Part shown: piece by piece, positions 43,521 through 56,549 of the stretch
Layout: the number at the start of each line of letters is the position of its first letter
Position numbering within the stretch: the stretch's first letter is position 1
From: Octopus sinensis
Lineage: Eukaryota
Length of the DNA: 64,000 nt
Direction of reading: 5' to 3'
Assembly (NCBI RefSeq): GCF_006345805.1
Contig: NC_043007.1
Location: 70,928,001 to 70,992,000, forward strand
Program-made: the position numbers and the translations under genes
Notes under the pieces: model-generated
Databases searched by the model: none
Told to the model about the DNA's origin: nothing
Seen by the model: the letters and a program-made list of their open reading frames with translations, nothing else

Positions 43521-45251
43521 TTTAATTATATATATATATATAATTAAATTAAACCAGATATCTGTATGCATTAGCAAATAATTTGCTTGTTTCCTATAAA
43601 CGAGAGCTTGTGCTCTTGTCAGATTCATCAGCTCAGTGGGGTTTCTTTGACTGAGTTAGAAACACCACAGGGAATCAAAGTCCCTTCACACTGATGAACC
43701 AGTGAATCACGTGTGCCATGGACACAGTACCTGAATGAAGGTGTTCTCTCAGGGTTGATTGAAGAACTGGAATAGTTGAAATATTGAGACAAATGGAGAG
43801 GCCTTTCACTTTTTATTGCTGCAGTTGCTTCAGATTGTAAGTGCATAGTTAATCTCAGCGATAGTGTAGTACTTGTATGCCCGCTCTACTTATTAAAATC
43901 TGGAAGTTGAAAATTTTGTGGTGTGTTAATAATTGAATTTTTATTTCTGTTGGTTATTTGAAGCCTATTCATGAACAGGGGTGTGAGGGACAATAAAGAT
44001 CAAAAATTGAAATTCTGGAAATAACAATTAAGGAATAAGATGCAACACAATGTCCTTTATTGTGTTATTGATGTGTAAACACATAACTACATACATCACT
44101 TGCTCATAGATACTCACCCGCTTTCTTTCTCTGTATATGTGTATGTATAAATATTTGTGTTTATATATTTGTGTGTGTATGTGTGTGTGTATAAACATGT
44201 TTACATATAGACATGAGCAAACACATGCATACATGTATGCATATACGTATACACATTCATGTATCTGTGCAACTAACTTTAAACTGTTGCTGCTGTTGTC
44301 CCTGACCAAAAATACCATTCCTTCTTTTATTCAAACCCCACATTTAGAGTGAATGTTAGTGTCCATATAAAGTGCAATATATGTAAATGTTCAAAGCCTA
44401 CAAATGAACATACAGTAAAGCATCAGGGAAAATTTAAATATGTTCAATTAACAATTTGTCAATTGAAATCGATATGGTGTTCCATAGATTTTTCTGCCTG
44501 TAGCATGTCATAAAATTTTACTGATTTTTCAGTGAATCAAAGAAAGATGAAACAGAAACAGTATGATCAGAGAAGCTGGCAAGAGATTTATTGGAAAAAT
44601 TATAACACCATTATTGATTCTAATTCACTTATTCCCCACCCATCGTCATTCAAATTCATACTGCCGACTTTCTCTTTTCTCTCCTTCCTCCTTTCTTTAT
44701 TTCTTATTGCAAAAAGAATATATAATTGTTTTATTATTATTGCCCAAACTCTTCCTCTACACATGTCTGCTATAACACTTACTACGTTAACTATTGACTA
44801 TTGTATTCTTTCACTCCTCTACCACATACTATAATTAATACTAAATTATATATTCCACTATGTTGCCTTCACTACAACAGTATCACACTGTTAACTAGAC
44901 ACTCTAATTACTACTAATGTTATCTTATGCTATTACTACATCTTCCCTTCTTTAAACAATATCATCTACATTGCTATATGCTGCATTACTAACAATACAG
45001 CTGCTCTATATCTTCTTGTGTAATACTGCTTCGATACTATCAACCAACTGATGCACTTATCCTTTAGCAATGTGAATTAGTTTCCTCGCTTTCCTACAAA
45101 CCCCCAGCAACTCTGTAGTATTACTATACTAACATATCAAACAAGAGACAAATATAAATATTGCAATATGTCTTAGATATCATCATCATTGTCTCTTGAT
45201 ATTTGGCACAATTTACAGTAAACTGTGTTTGTGTGTGTGTGTGGGGCAGTA

Positions 45252-46411
45252 TGTCAAAGGGATAGCCTCAACGTTACCTCTGCATGTCAGAATAGCCCCA
45301 ATGTTACTTCTGCATGTCAAAAGGATAACCCCAACATTACCTCTACATGTCAAAAGGATAGCCCCAACGTTACCTCTGCATGTCAAAAGGATAGCCCCAA
45401 TGTTACCTCTGCATGTCAAAAGGATAGCCCCAACATTACCTCTGCATGTCAAAAGGGTACCCCCCAACGTTACCTCTGCATGTCAAAAGGATAGCCCCAA
45501 TGTTACCTCTGCATGTCAAAAGGATAGCCCTAATGTTACCTCTACATGTCAAAAGGATAGCCCCAACATTACCTCTACATGTCAAAAGTATAACCCCAAC
45601 GTTACCTCTGCATGCCAAAAGGATAGCCCCAACTGTTACCTCTACATGTCAAAAGGATAGCCCCAACATTACCTCTACATGTCAAAAGGATAGCCCCAAC
45701 GTTACCTCTGCATGTCAAAAGGATAGCCCTAATGTTACCTCTGCATGTCAAAAGGATAGCCCCAACATTACCTCTACATGTCAAAAGGATAGCCCCAACA
45801 TTACCTCTGCATGTCAAAAGGGTACCCCCCAACGTTACCTCTGCATGTCAAAAGGATAGCCCCAACGTTACCTCTGCATGTCAAAAGGGTAGCCCTAATG
45901 TTACCTCTGCATGTCAAAAGGATAGCCCCAACATTACCTCTACATGTCAAAAGGATAGCCCCAACATTACCTCTGCATGTCAAAAGGATAGCCCCAACAT
46001 TACCTCTGCATGTCAAAAGGATAGCCTCAACATTACCTCTGCATGTCAAAAGGATAGCCCTAACGTTACCTCTGCATGTCAAAAGGATAGCCCCAACATT
46101 ACCTCTGCATGTCAAAAGGATAGCCCCAACATTACCTCTGCATGCCAAAAGGATAGCCCCAACATTACCTCTGCATGCCAAAAGGATAGCCCCAACATTA
46201 CCTCTGCATGTCAAAAGGATAGCCCCAACATTACCTCTGCATGCCAAAAGGATAGCCCCAACATTACCTCTGCATGTCAAAAGGATAGCCCCAACATTAC
46301 CTCTGCATGTCAAAAGGATAGCACCAACGTTACCTCTGCATGTCAAAAGGGTAGCCCCAACATTACCTCTACATGCCAAAAGGATAGCCTCCAATGTTAC
46401 CTCTGCATGTC
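45252..46411. repeat. 33-bp minisatellite, ~35 copies
   Basis: Unit tgtcaaaaggatagccccaac(a/g)ttacctctgca; no spacers. Confidence 0.97.
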
Positions 46412-46609
46412 ATAAATGGTGATTATAGGAGGTTGAGATAGGATTTGCCCTCCGACCTCATAAAACCCTCACCGGCAATGATTATCCAAACAAACGCAAA
46501 GTTTGGAGGGGGCTTTTTGCCTGAGTGGTGCAAAGGTGTCATCCACCAGGAGCATTAGAGAAGCACCAACAAATGGTGGATACAGCAATGTGGTATCACA
46601 ATGCATGCT

Positions 46610-46669
<60 letters not shown>

Positions 46670-46714
46670 AGTAAACTGGATTTAGGAATGATTCAATTTA
46701 ATGTATCATTTTAT

Positions 46715-47340
46715 CTTTTACTTGTTTCAGTCATTAGACTGTGGCCATGCTGGGGCACTGCCTTGAAGAATTTTTAGACAACTCTATCCGCCCCAGTACT
46801 TATTTTTAAAAGCCTGGTACTTATTCTATTGGTCTCTTTTGCTGAACTGCTAAGTTTAGGGGTATGTAAACACTCCAGCACTGGTTGTCAAGTGGTGATG
46901 GAGAGACAAACACAGACACAAAAACACATACACGCACACACGCATGCGCACACACACACACACAACGTGCTTCTTTCAGTTTCTTATTTCTTTATTGCCC
47001 ACAAGGGGCTAAGCATAGAGGGGACAAACAAGGACAGACAAAGGGATTAAGTCATTACATTGACCCCAGTGCATAACTGGTACTTAACTTATCGACGCTG
47101 AAAGGATGAAAGGCAAAGTCGACCTTGGCAGAATTTTAACTCAGAATGCAACGGCAGATGAAATACTGCTAAGCATTTTGCCTGGTGTGCTAACGTTTCT
47201 GCCAGCTTGCCGCCTTTCAGTTTCTGTCTACCAAATCCATTCACAAAGCTTTGATTGACCCAGGGCTACAATAGAAGACACTTGCCCAAGGTGCCATGTT
47301 GTAAGACTGATCCTGGAACCATGTGGTCAGGAAGCAAGCT
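46715..47340 (-). mobile_element. SINE family 1 interrupted by a SINE family 2 copy (46985-47213)
   Basis: 12-bp TSD ctttcagtttct at 46973 and 47214. Confidence 0.85.
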
Positions 47341-48090
47341 TTGAACATATTTAGTTTGGTTTTATTAATATGAATATATTGTTATTGTGAATGGATTTTT
47401 GAGCTAAAAATTCAACCACTTCTGTGGTTTTATTCTCTAAGTCTGGTGGTTCCAATAAAAGTTAAAGTGTTTTTACATCCCTCAAAAGTTATGAAACCAT
47501 AAAAAAAACCTGATCTCTTAGACTCTCTTCTTTCACGAGTTATCAGATACTAAAATACTCCCCCATTTAAACTGCAGTTACATTTATTTAATTTAGTTAG
47601 AAATTATTCATGTTGTATAAACCACTTCATAACAGTAGAACTAGTTGGTTCAATATAGGGAAGTATTTTAAAACGTTTGATACGTATTAAAGTTTTAGTT
47701 GTCTAGCTCCAGTTTGGTAGGAATGTATATGTTGATAACTGAGTAACTGCAATATCAGAAGCTCTTGGCTTTATTTTAGGAAGCTCTATGTAACTTGTCC
47801 TATGTTTTATTACTTTGTATAAACAAAGTAACAGTTTATAGTTGCTGGTTGAAGTTTGACAATAAATAAGCAAAATTCTTTTACTTTTACTCGTTTACAT
47901 CATTAGATTGTGGCCATGCTGGGGCACAACCTTGAAGAAATTTTAGCTGCATAAATTGATCCCAGTACTTTTTCTTTAGGCCTGACACTTATTCTGTCAG
48001 TCTCTTTTTACCAAACTGCTAAGGGATGCAAACAAACCAACACAAGTTGTCAAGCAGTGGTTGGGGACAAATGTAGACACAAAGACACAT

Positions 48091-48147
<57 letters not shown>

Positions 48148-48879
48148 ACACACACACATACACACACAAATATATGTAAATATATGATTGACTTCTTTCA
48201 GCTTTCGTCAACCAATCCATCACAAGGATTTGGTTGGTCCAAGACATTTGCCCATGGTGCCATGCAGTGTGACTGAATATGGAATGATGTGTTCTTACCA
48301 CACAGCCATGCCTGTGTCTAACATGATTAATAGTTGATTTCCTAATATAATGTGAATTGGTAAATCCCATTTTAAAATCCATTCAGTCAAAATAAGGAGA
48401 GGTTGTCAGTGAAGTATAAAACTGTTTAACAAGTGTTTACTTATACATGATAATATTTAAAGGGTTGTCTTAAGAAATTATTTTTCAGTTTTTTTTTCAA
48501 CCATGAGGTTCACTACATCTGAACATTTCCAGGAAGGAAAAATAAAATTGTAATTTGTTACAAGTGATGAGGTGCAAGAAATTCTAGAAGATTCTGGTAA
48601 AGATCAACAGGTTTGATCAAAAATATTCACAGGATAACTTGAAGTCAGCTGATTATTTCAAATGTAAAATGATAATGATGTGTCTCAAATGAGACATGAT
48701 TCTTAATCAGCTAATGGTACTGGTGATGGAATATTAGTATTAGATTAATACATTACCATTTCCATTTAATATCCTCAATTTTGGGATGTTGCTGTTAAGT
48801 AGCTTTCAATGAAATATTTATCTTTATTTGTGACATTCTTTTCTTTGTGTGCTTGGTGTGGAGTTCAGCTACAAACACT

Positions 48880-49440
48880 TGCTAGCAGAAATGTTAGCAT
48901 GCCAAGCGAAATGCTTAGCGGTATTTCGTCTGCTGCTACATTCTGAGTTCAAATTCTGCCGAGGTCGACTTTGCCTTTCCTCCTTTCGGGGTCGATTAAA
49001 TAAGTTCCAGTTACACACAGGGGTCGATGTAATCGACTTAATCCATGTGTCTGTCCTTGTTTGTCCCCTCTGTGTTTAGCCCCTTGTTGGTAGGAAAGAA
49101 ATAGGTATTTCGTCTGCTGCTTTGTTCTGAGTTCAAATTCTGCCATGGTCGCATTTGCCTTTCATCCTTTTGGGGTTGATTAAATAAGTACCAGTTATGC
49201 ACTGGGGTTGATATAATCGACTTAATCTGTTTGTCCTCTCTGTGTTTAGCCCCTTGTGGGTAGTAAAGAAATAGGTATTTCATCTGCCGCTTCTGAGTTC
49301 AAATTCCGCTGAGGTCGACTTTGCCTTTCATCCTTTTGGGGTCAATTAACTAAGTACCAGTTATGCACTGGGGTCGATATAATCAACTTAATCCGTTTGT
49401 CTGTCCTTGTTTGTCCCCTCTGTGGGCAGTAAAGAAATAA
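48880..49440 (+). mobile_element. SINE family 2, tandem trimer
   Basis: Three head-to-tail ~175-bp units ending aagaaata. Confidence 0.85.
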
Positions 49441-49980
49441 AAAAAAAAACACTTGTTGTCTCTCTTTGATTTGGGCTGAGAGGGTTAAACATAAATATAT
49501 ATCTATATCCTCTTCTTTTTCTTCAGCTTGTGAGTGATATCTCAACAAGCTCAGGGTTTTGTGAAGCACACTTGTGACTACTCTCATCCAGCTGGGTTAT
49601 TTGCAAAGAGGCAATGGCCAAATAATCGAGACTGTTGGCGATTTGCTGTGCTTGAGAAGACATGTCAAGCTTAGTGAAATCATGGCCAATGCCGGTGACA
49701 TGTAAAAGACACCCATGCCAGTGACACATTATAGGTACCTGAACTGGTGACACATTAAAGGCACCCATGTCAATGGCACTTTAGAGATACCTATACTGGT
49801 GGCACATAAAAGGCACTTGGTACACTCTGTGTGGTTGTCTTTAGGTAGGGCATCCAGCCATAGAAACTATGACTTGGTGATTTCAATGCTCAGTTAGTCT
49901 TTGTGACCCAAATCTTTAGCCATTCTGATTCATTATAGTCACCAGCATATCTCTCTGATTGACACACAAATGGATACTCC

Positions 49981-50151
49981 AGGAGTGGCTGTGTGGTAAG
50001 TAGCTTGCTTACCAACTACATCGTTCCGGGTTCAGTCCCACTGTGTGGCATCTTGGACAAGTATCTTCTACTATACGCTCGGGCTGACCAAAGTCTTGTG
50101 AGTGGATTTGGTAAATGGAAACTGAAAGAAGCCCATCATATATATGTATAT

Positions 50152-50206
<55 letters not shown>

Positions 50207-50437
50207 ATGTATGTGTGTGTGTATACATTTGTGTGTCTGTGTTTGACCCCACAACATTGCTTGACAACCAATACTGGTGTGTTATGTCCCCGTAACCTAT
50301 TGGTTCGGCAAAAGAGACCGATAGAATAAGTACTAGGCTTACAAAGAATAAGTCCTGGGGTCAATTTGCTCGACTAAAGGCGGTGCTCCAGCATGGCCAC
50401 AGTCAAATGACTGAAACAAGTAAAAGAGTAAAAAGAG
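49981..50437 (+). mobile_element. SINE family 1, full length
   Basis: Complete head, internal (TA)n and (gtaaaaga)n tail. Confidence 0.88.
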
Positions 50438-51384
50438 TTTATTCATGATTTCATTCTCACATTCAAACTCAGCCTTTACCAAACTGTCTGTGCCTTCCTG
50501 GTACATAAGATCACTGTCAAACCAATATCAATCTCCACATTCTTATATGCTTCAGCCAGCTGAACTCCACTCATTTTATGCTAATTATACCTCACAGCAA
50601 ATATGCATCACTCTTTAGCCAGCAGGTAGCCAAAAGACTTGTCCAAGACATGTCTCTTCACATTGCTTACATGTTCAAAAGCCATAATTACTGGTCTTTC
50701 AAGTCATTCACCTGTGTTGGAGCAATTCCAGTAAAAAAACATGGTTTCCAATATCTAGAGAAAGATGGTGAGCTGGCAGAATTGTTAGTGTGTTGGATAA
50801 AATGCTTGATGGCATTTATTTCAGGTCTTTATTTTTCTGAGTTCAAATCCTGCTGAGGTCAACTTTGCCTTTCATCCTTCCGGGTCAGTAGAATAAAGTA
50901 CCAGTGAGGTACTGAGGTCAATGTAATCAACTTGCTCCCACCCCTCTCAAAATTGTTGGCCTTGAATCCTGCAATAGAAAGGGAATGGTGTGATTAGAGT
51001 CACTTTTACATCAATGAAACTGGGTAACTGGCCTTATGAGTTTTTACAAGTCAAGAAAATAGGGAAAAAAGTAGCTGGAGAAACTAAAACATTTCTATAA
51101 AAGGTGGCTTTATGGTTGACACTGGAGGTAGGCCTCATGGACTTTGATTAAATAAATCAGTTCTCTAACACTTCTGAAACATTTTATTGTTACCTTTCAA
51201 ATATGACATTTCATGTCAAACAATCTAATTTACGTCAGTGAAGGCATGTGACTGAGTGGTTAAGGTATTCGGCTTATGATTGTTAGGTCATGAGTTCAAT
51301 ACCCAGTGGTATTCTAGCAGAATAAAATAGTAGGAATCAAAGGGGTCCATAGGCAAAAAAGTGGTGGAAAACCATTGCTCTGCA

Positions 51385-51500
51385 TTAACCTTTAGCATAC
51401 TGTAGGCGCATCATGTCACCATATAAGTTCTCTCCCTTGTGGTAACAGGGCAGGGGCAGGGAAAACAATTCTAGAGAAAATGCAGTGTACTAAGGGTTAA
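51385..51500. mobile_element. Small piggyBac-like MITE
   Basis: TTAA-cctttagcatactg ... cagtgtactaaggg-TTAA. Confidence 0.65.
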
Positions 51501-52429
51501 TAATTGGATAGCAGAAAATACTAGTCAGTTCAATGGCTGCCCTCCTGCAAAGTTCCAGTAAGACCTACAACAGTAAGGTACATGTATCTAGTAAGGTGTT
51601 GCTGCTAAACACCCTGAAACAACCCCTAACACATTCAAATAAAAACCATCCATTAGATTTACAATGATCCATTTACTGACTCACTTCAACCTGCAACCCT
51701 CAAACAAGTGCTATCTTTTCACTCTGCTTCTTCTGTTGGTGCTGCTGTTGCCTTTGCTCTTCTTAGTTCACTAGTTGTATATCACCTCAATCCAAGATGA
51801 CATGACACAGCCCATCATTACTGCTGTTGTTATTCATACTGTGTCCTCCCCCTCTTAGGCCTCCAAATGTGAACCCTATAAAAATCCCATCCCCTTTATA
51901 TTTTTCTTGATGACATCAACTTGTAGATATTCAAACATCAACTATGTCGTTGTGACCAATGTCAGAAGACCTGAAAAAATTAGCAGAAGTATTCCCCCTA
52001 CACACTTCTCTTCGCCTAAACCAACGAAAACTAAAACTTTGATCTGCTAAATTGGTTAATTTTGTTTTCTTTTTATGCTTTATGCATGCACACATGCACG
52101 CACGTGTGTTTGCATCGCACGCACACAGACAGACACACACACACACACATGGAATAATATTGAACAGAGAAAGTGTATGTTCAAAACTGCATTTGTAGGA
52201 TAAATATTTTTTATTTATGGATTAACGGTGCTACCAATTATTTTATGTGGAAAGAATTTTCCCAGTCATCATGCAATCTCCTTCAAGATAATGGTAATGG
52301 CTTTCATTTTGGATGAGATCCTCCAAAACTGAGGCAATTACCAGCACTTTTAAATGAATCACTTGAAAATTGTAAAAATTCTTACTACATGAAATCACTT
52401 GCAGCACTGTTAATCCACAAATAAAGTAG

Positions 52430-52471
<42 letters not shown>

Positions 52472-52907
52472 TTGTGATCATCATTATCAACTTTTAACAT
52501 CTGTTTCCCATGCTGGCATGGGTTAGATGGCTTGACAGGAACTGGCAAGGCCAGGGGCTGCACCCAGTTACTTAGTCTATTTTGGCCTACAGGATGTCAC
52601 CAAAGCAATGAGAAAAATGGAAAACAGGACAACATAGAGAAGAGACCCGTCATCAGTTGTCAGCTGTCTATCTACTTCTTGTTTTGAACATTCAATGACA
52701 ATATGAGTCTTCAAAGACAGTTGCTCCCATAAATTCTAAAATGAAATTTAGGATTTATGGAAGGTCAAAGTTGGGAACAAAAACATGGCAGTGGAGGCAT
52801 ACAAGGAAACCGAATAAAAACACGCATGGAGGGTCATAAGACCAGAACGAGGGAAAAATCGTGAATGCTGGGAGAAACATTTGTTTGAAAAAAGAAAAAT
52901 AGAAGAA

Positions 52908-52962
<55 letters not shown>

Positions 52963-53114
52963 AAACAACATATATATATATATATTATATATATATATAC
53001 AGGCTTCTTTCAGTTTCCGTCTACCAAATCCACTCACAAGGCTTTGGTCAGCCCGAGGCTATAGTAGAAGACACTTGCCCAAGGTGCCACATATATATAT
53101 ATATATAAATATAC

Positions 53115-53166
<52 letters not shown>

Positions 53167-53814
53167 TATATACATATATATGATGGACTCTCCCATCGTT
53201 AAATGATGTATGAGGGTTTGACAATTTCTTAACAAACAACCACACAGATGATTTGTTTATAGTGATCAGATGTTTGTGTAGACATAAGCTCACTGTCTCC
53301 ATCAGATTGACATTACCTGTACAAGTGCAAAGCTGCCACATGTCTGATGTCGAAATGATCTCAGAGCAACTGGAAATGAAATGCTTTGCTCAAGAACACA
53401 ATGCAACACCCAGTCTGGGAATTGAAACCACAATCTCGCAATCATGAGTGCAACACCTTAACCGCTAAGCCACATGCCTGTATATGTAGATTTCACCTGA
53501 ATGAAAACAAACATGGAGGGTCATAAGACCAGAACGAGGGGAAAATTGTGAATGCTGGGAGACACATTTTTTTGAAAAAAGAACAGAAGAGAGAGAGAGA
53601 GAGAGAGAGTGAGAGAGAGAGAGTGAGTGAGTGAGAGAGAGAGAGAAACAATATACACACACACACACAGTAAACAAGTAGACAGAGAGACAAGTAAAAA
53701 AGAGAGACAGAAAGCTAATATGGAAAAAAAGATATATAATATCTATAGTTGCAGAGACTTTTCACATTTGTATATTTTGGTGATGTTTTAAAATAAAACT
53801 TTCTTTCTCTTCAG

Positions 53815-53954
53815 CATCTCCTTGGAGTTCGACTTGAAGACCTTGGTGGCCGCCAAACCATTTCCCGAACTGCCAGAAACAAACCTACAGTGGCTGACAC
53901 ATTTAAGCATCAACTCTCAGCCTTAGTTGATGTTTTGAAGTTAACAAATCCTTG
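53815..53954 (+). CDS. Myo22: Myosin motor exon (loop 2 region): HLLGVRLEDLGGRQTISRTARNKPTVADTFKHQLSALVDVLKLTNP(W)
   Basis: ttctcttcag acceptor, gtaagt donor; 140 nt, phase 0/2; KPTV...F..QL..L...L..T.P motif that normally precedes YVRCIKPN. I did not find that next exon in the window. Confidence 0.93.
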
Positions 53955-55036
53955 GTAAGTCATCTAGAAACGGCATAACTAATTCCTCTTTTTTAACAAA
54001 TACTTCAACACCCTCTCACCTCATCCTTTTATTCAATTATTGTTCTATAAATTTCTGGCAAGATGAGATGGACATGTAATTTACAACTCATAAATTCCGT
54101 ATCTTTTATATTTATCTCCTTTAACCATCACTACCATTATCACCATTATCACTTCAGTGACATCATTATCATCATCATTGTCACCACCACCATAACCACC
54201 ATGATCATTATCAATATCATCACCTCTACCGTCATTGCAATCACCTTCATCACAACATCATCACCACCACCATGCCCACAACCACGACGATGACCACCAC
54301 CACCACCAGTATCATCACCTCTACCATCATTGCAATCACCTTCATCAACATCATTATCATCATCATTATTATTATTATTTTGATGATGACCATCATTATT
54401 ATTATTCCCAAAGCCATCATTATTATGCTTCCCTTTGCAACATTCTTTGAGAAAATGAAATTCTAAAGGCGAGATGCATCATTAGAATAGCAAAATAATA
54501 TTGTTTCTGGAACATTTAGAATCTTCAAACTTTATGAAACATTAAATTATCAGAAAACATAAATGAAATATCAAAACTTGGTTGGACACGCACTTACATA
54601 TACATGCACACTCACATGTTCACGCACACACTCACATCCATACAGACATGTATTCATTCACAAACTTCCCCCTCACCCCCTCTTTGAATTTCTTAATGCT
54701 ATGATATGATTATCACTCAAGTCCTCTTGATTTTAATATTTAATTAATAAGCGTTATTTGTTTGATTTAATGTTTGATTTTAACAACCAATAATTAATTC
54801 AGAGTCATCTACGAAATGGTTTTGATCTTGGCTCAGTAAAACACTCACCTGTTTTATACTTGACATCTTGAGATAACAACCTGGTTTACAATAGAGGTTA
54901 GCTTGCCAAAGGTAAAAATGTTGATTAATTGCTATGTGACATTGGCTACCTTGGAGTATGTCTTTTTGAGGATGGGGATATTACGCAAAAATGTCAAGAC
55001 CATGATCTTTTCTGTGATTTTCTCACCATCTTTGTA

Positions 55037-55072
<36 letters not shown>

Positions 55073-55162
55073 TACTGCTTTGTCTAATGAAAGGTGACAC
55101 ATCCACAAGGCCATGATCTTTTCTGTGATTTTCTCACCATCTTTGTAGCCAAGATAAAGAGA

Positions 55163-55231
<69 letters not shown>

Positions 55232-56093
55232 AGAGAGAGAAGAGAGAGGTTTACTGTTTTGTCCAATGAAAGAAGACATATTCACTGATAGTCAGATAGT
55301 TTGTAAATTCCAGCATTGCTATTAAAAAAAAAAAGAGGGATAAAGATGGCACATATATCCCCACTGGATGGGATGCTAGTCTCTTGCAGGATTACTCATT
55401 TTTGTCAACTAAGTGGACTAGAACAATGTGAAATGGAGTTAGCTGGTCCAGGAATTGAAATCAGAATCTCATGATTATGAGACTAACACCCTAACCCCTT
55501 AGCCACATGCCTCCACTACCATTTCTATTCCTAAACAACAACAGATATATTAAATCCTGGTTCATCCTCATCATTATCACCACGCCACATAATATTGACA
55601 ATAGTCAACATTGTCATAGAATGAAAGATGTTCTTCTATAAAGCACACCAGTGTATTCTGGGGATGGAGGTTGGGAGAACTTAATAAATAACACATGACA
55701 TAGCAATGAAGTTTGAGGCATTGTGTTTGAGACACTAGTTTTGTCACCTTTCAAGGAATATTACATCTAGCTTTATTTAATCTACATTTTATGTTGAGTT
55801 CACAACTTGACAGCATAATACATTTGCAAAGTATTAAGCAACAATCAACCTTTTCAGATGCAATACCACAGCACAAAACCATACTGACAGACTCTCAACA
55901 AACGCTCTTGACAGCTTTGTCAAAATGCAAATGTATTAAAGCATATGAAATATTGTGTATCAATATATAGCCGATATCTGAGAACATAAATTTCTACTAA
56001 GATTTGTACTCTCCCTCCCCCCTCTCTCTCTTTCTTCATATTACATATATGTATGTATGTATGTATATATGTATGTATGTATATGTATGTATG

Positions 56094-56125
<32 letters not shown>

Positions 56126-56185
56126 TACATACATACATACATACATACATACATACATACATACATACATACATACATGCATACA

Positions 56186-56227
<42 letters not shown>

Positions 56228-56549
56228 ATAATATATATATATATATGTATGTATGTATACACACACACACACACATCTTTTATCTTTTACTTGTTCCAGT
56301 CATTAGACTGCAGCCATGTTGCCTTGAAAAATTTCAGTCAAATTAACTGAACCCAATACCTACTTTAAAGCTTGATAATTATTCTATCAGCTACTTTTGC
56401 TGAACTGCTAAGTTACAGGGATGTAAATGCACCATCACCAATTGTAAAGTAGCAATGATATACAAACCCAGACACAAAGACACACACATATTGACATATA
56501 TATATATATTATATATATATATATATATATACATATATACATATATATT

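Noticed and set aside
45196-46422. Long repetitive ORFs or CRISPR-like array
   Set aside because: Contiguous 33-bp units with no unique spacers and no cas genes; open on both strands because of the period.
51927-52053. Exon-like segment after ttgtag
   Set aside because: Stop in the phase-0 frame, and the flanking exons already join cleanly (RFQ|HLLG).
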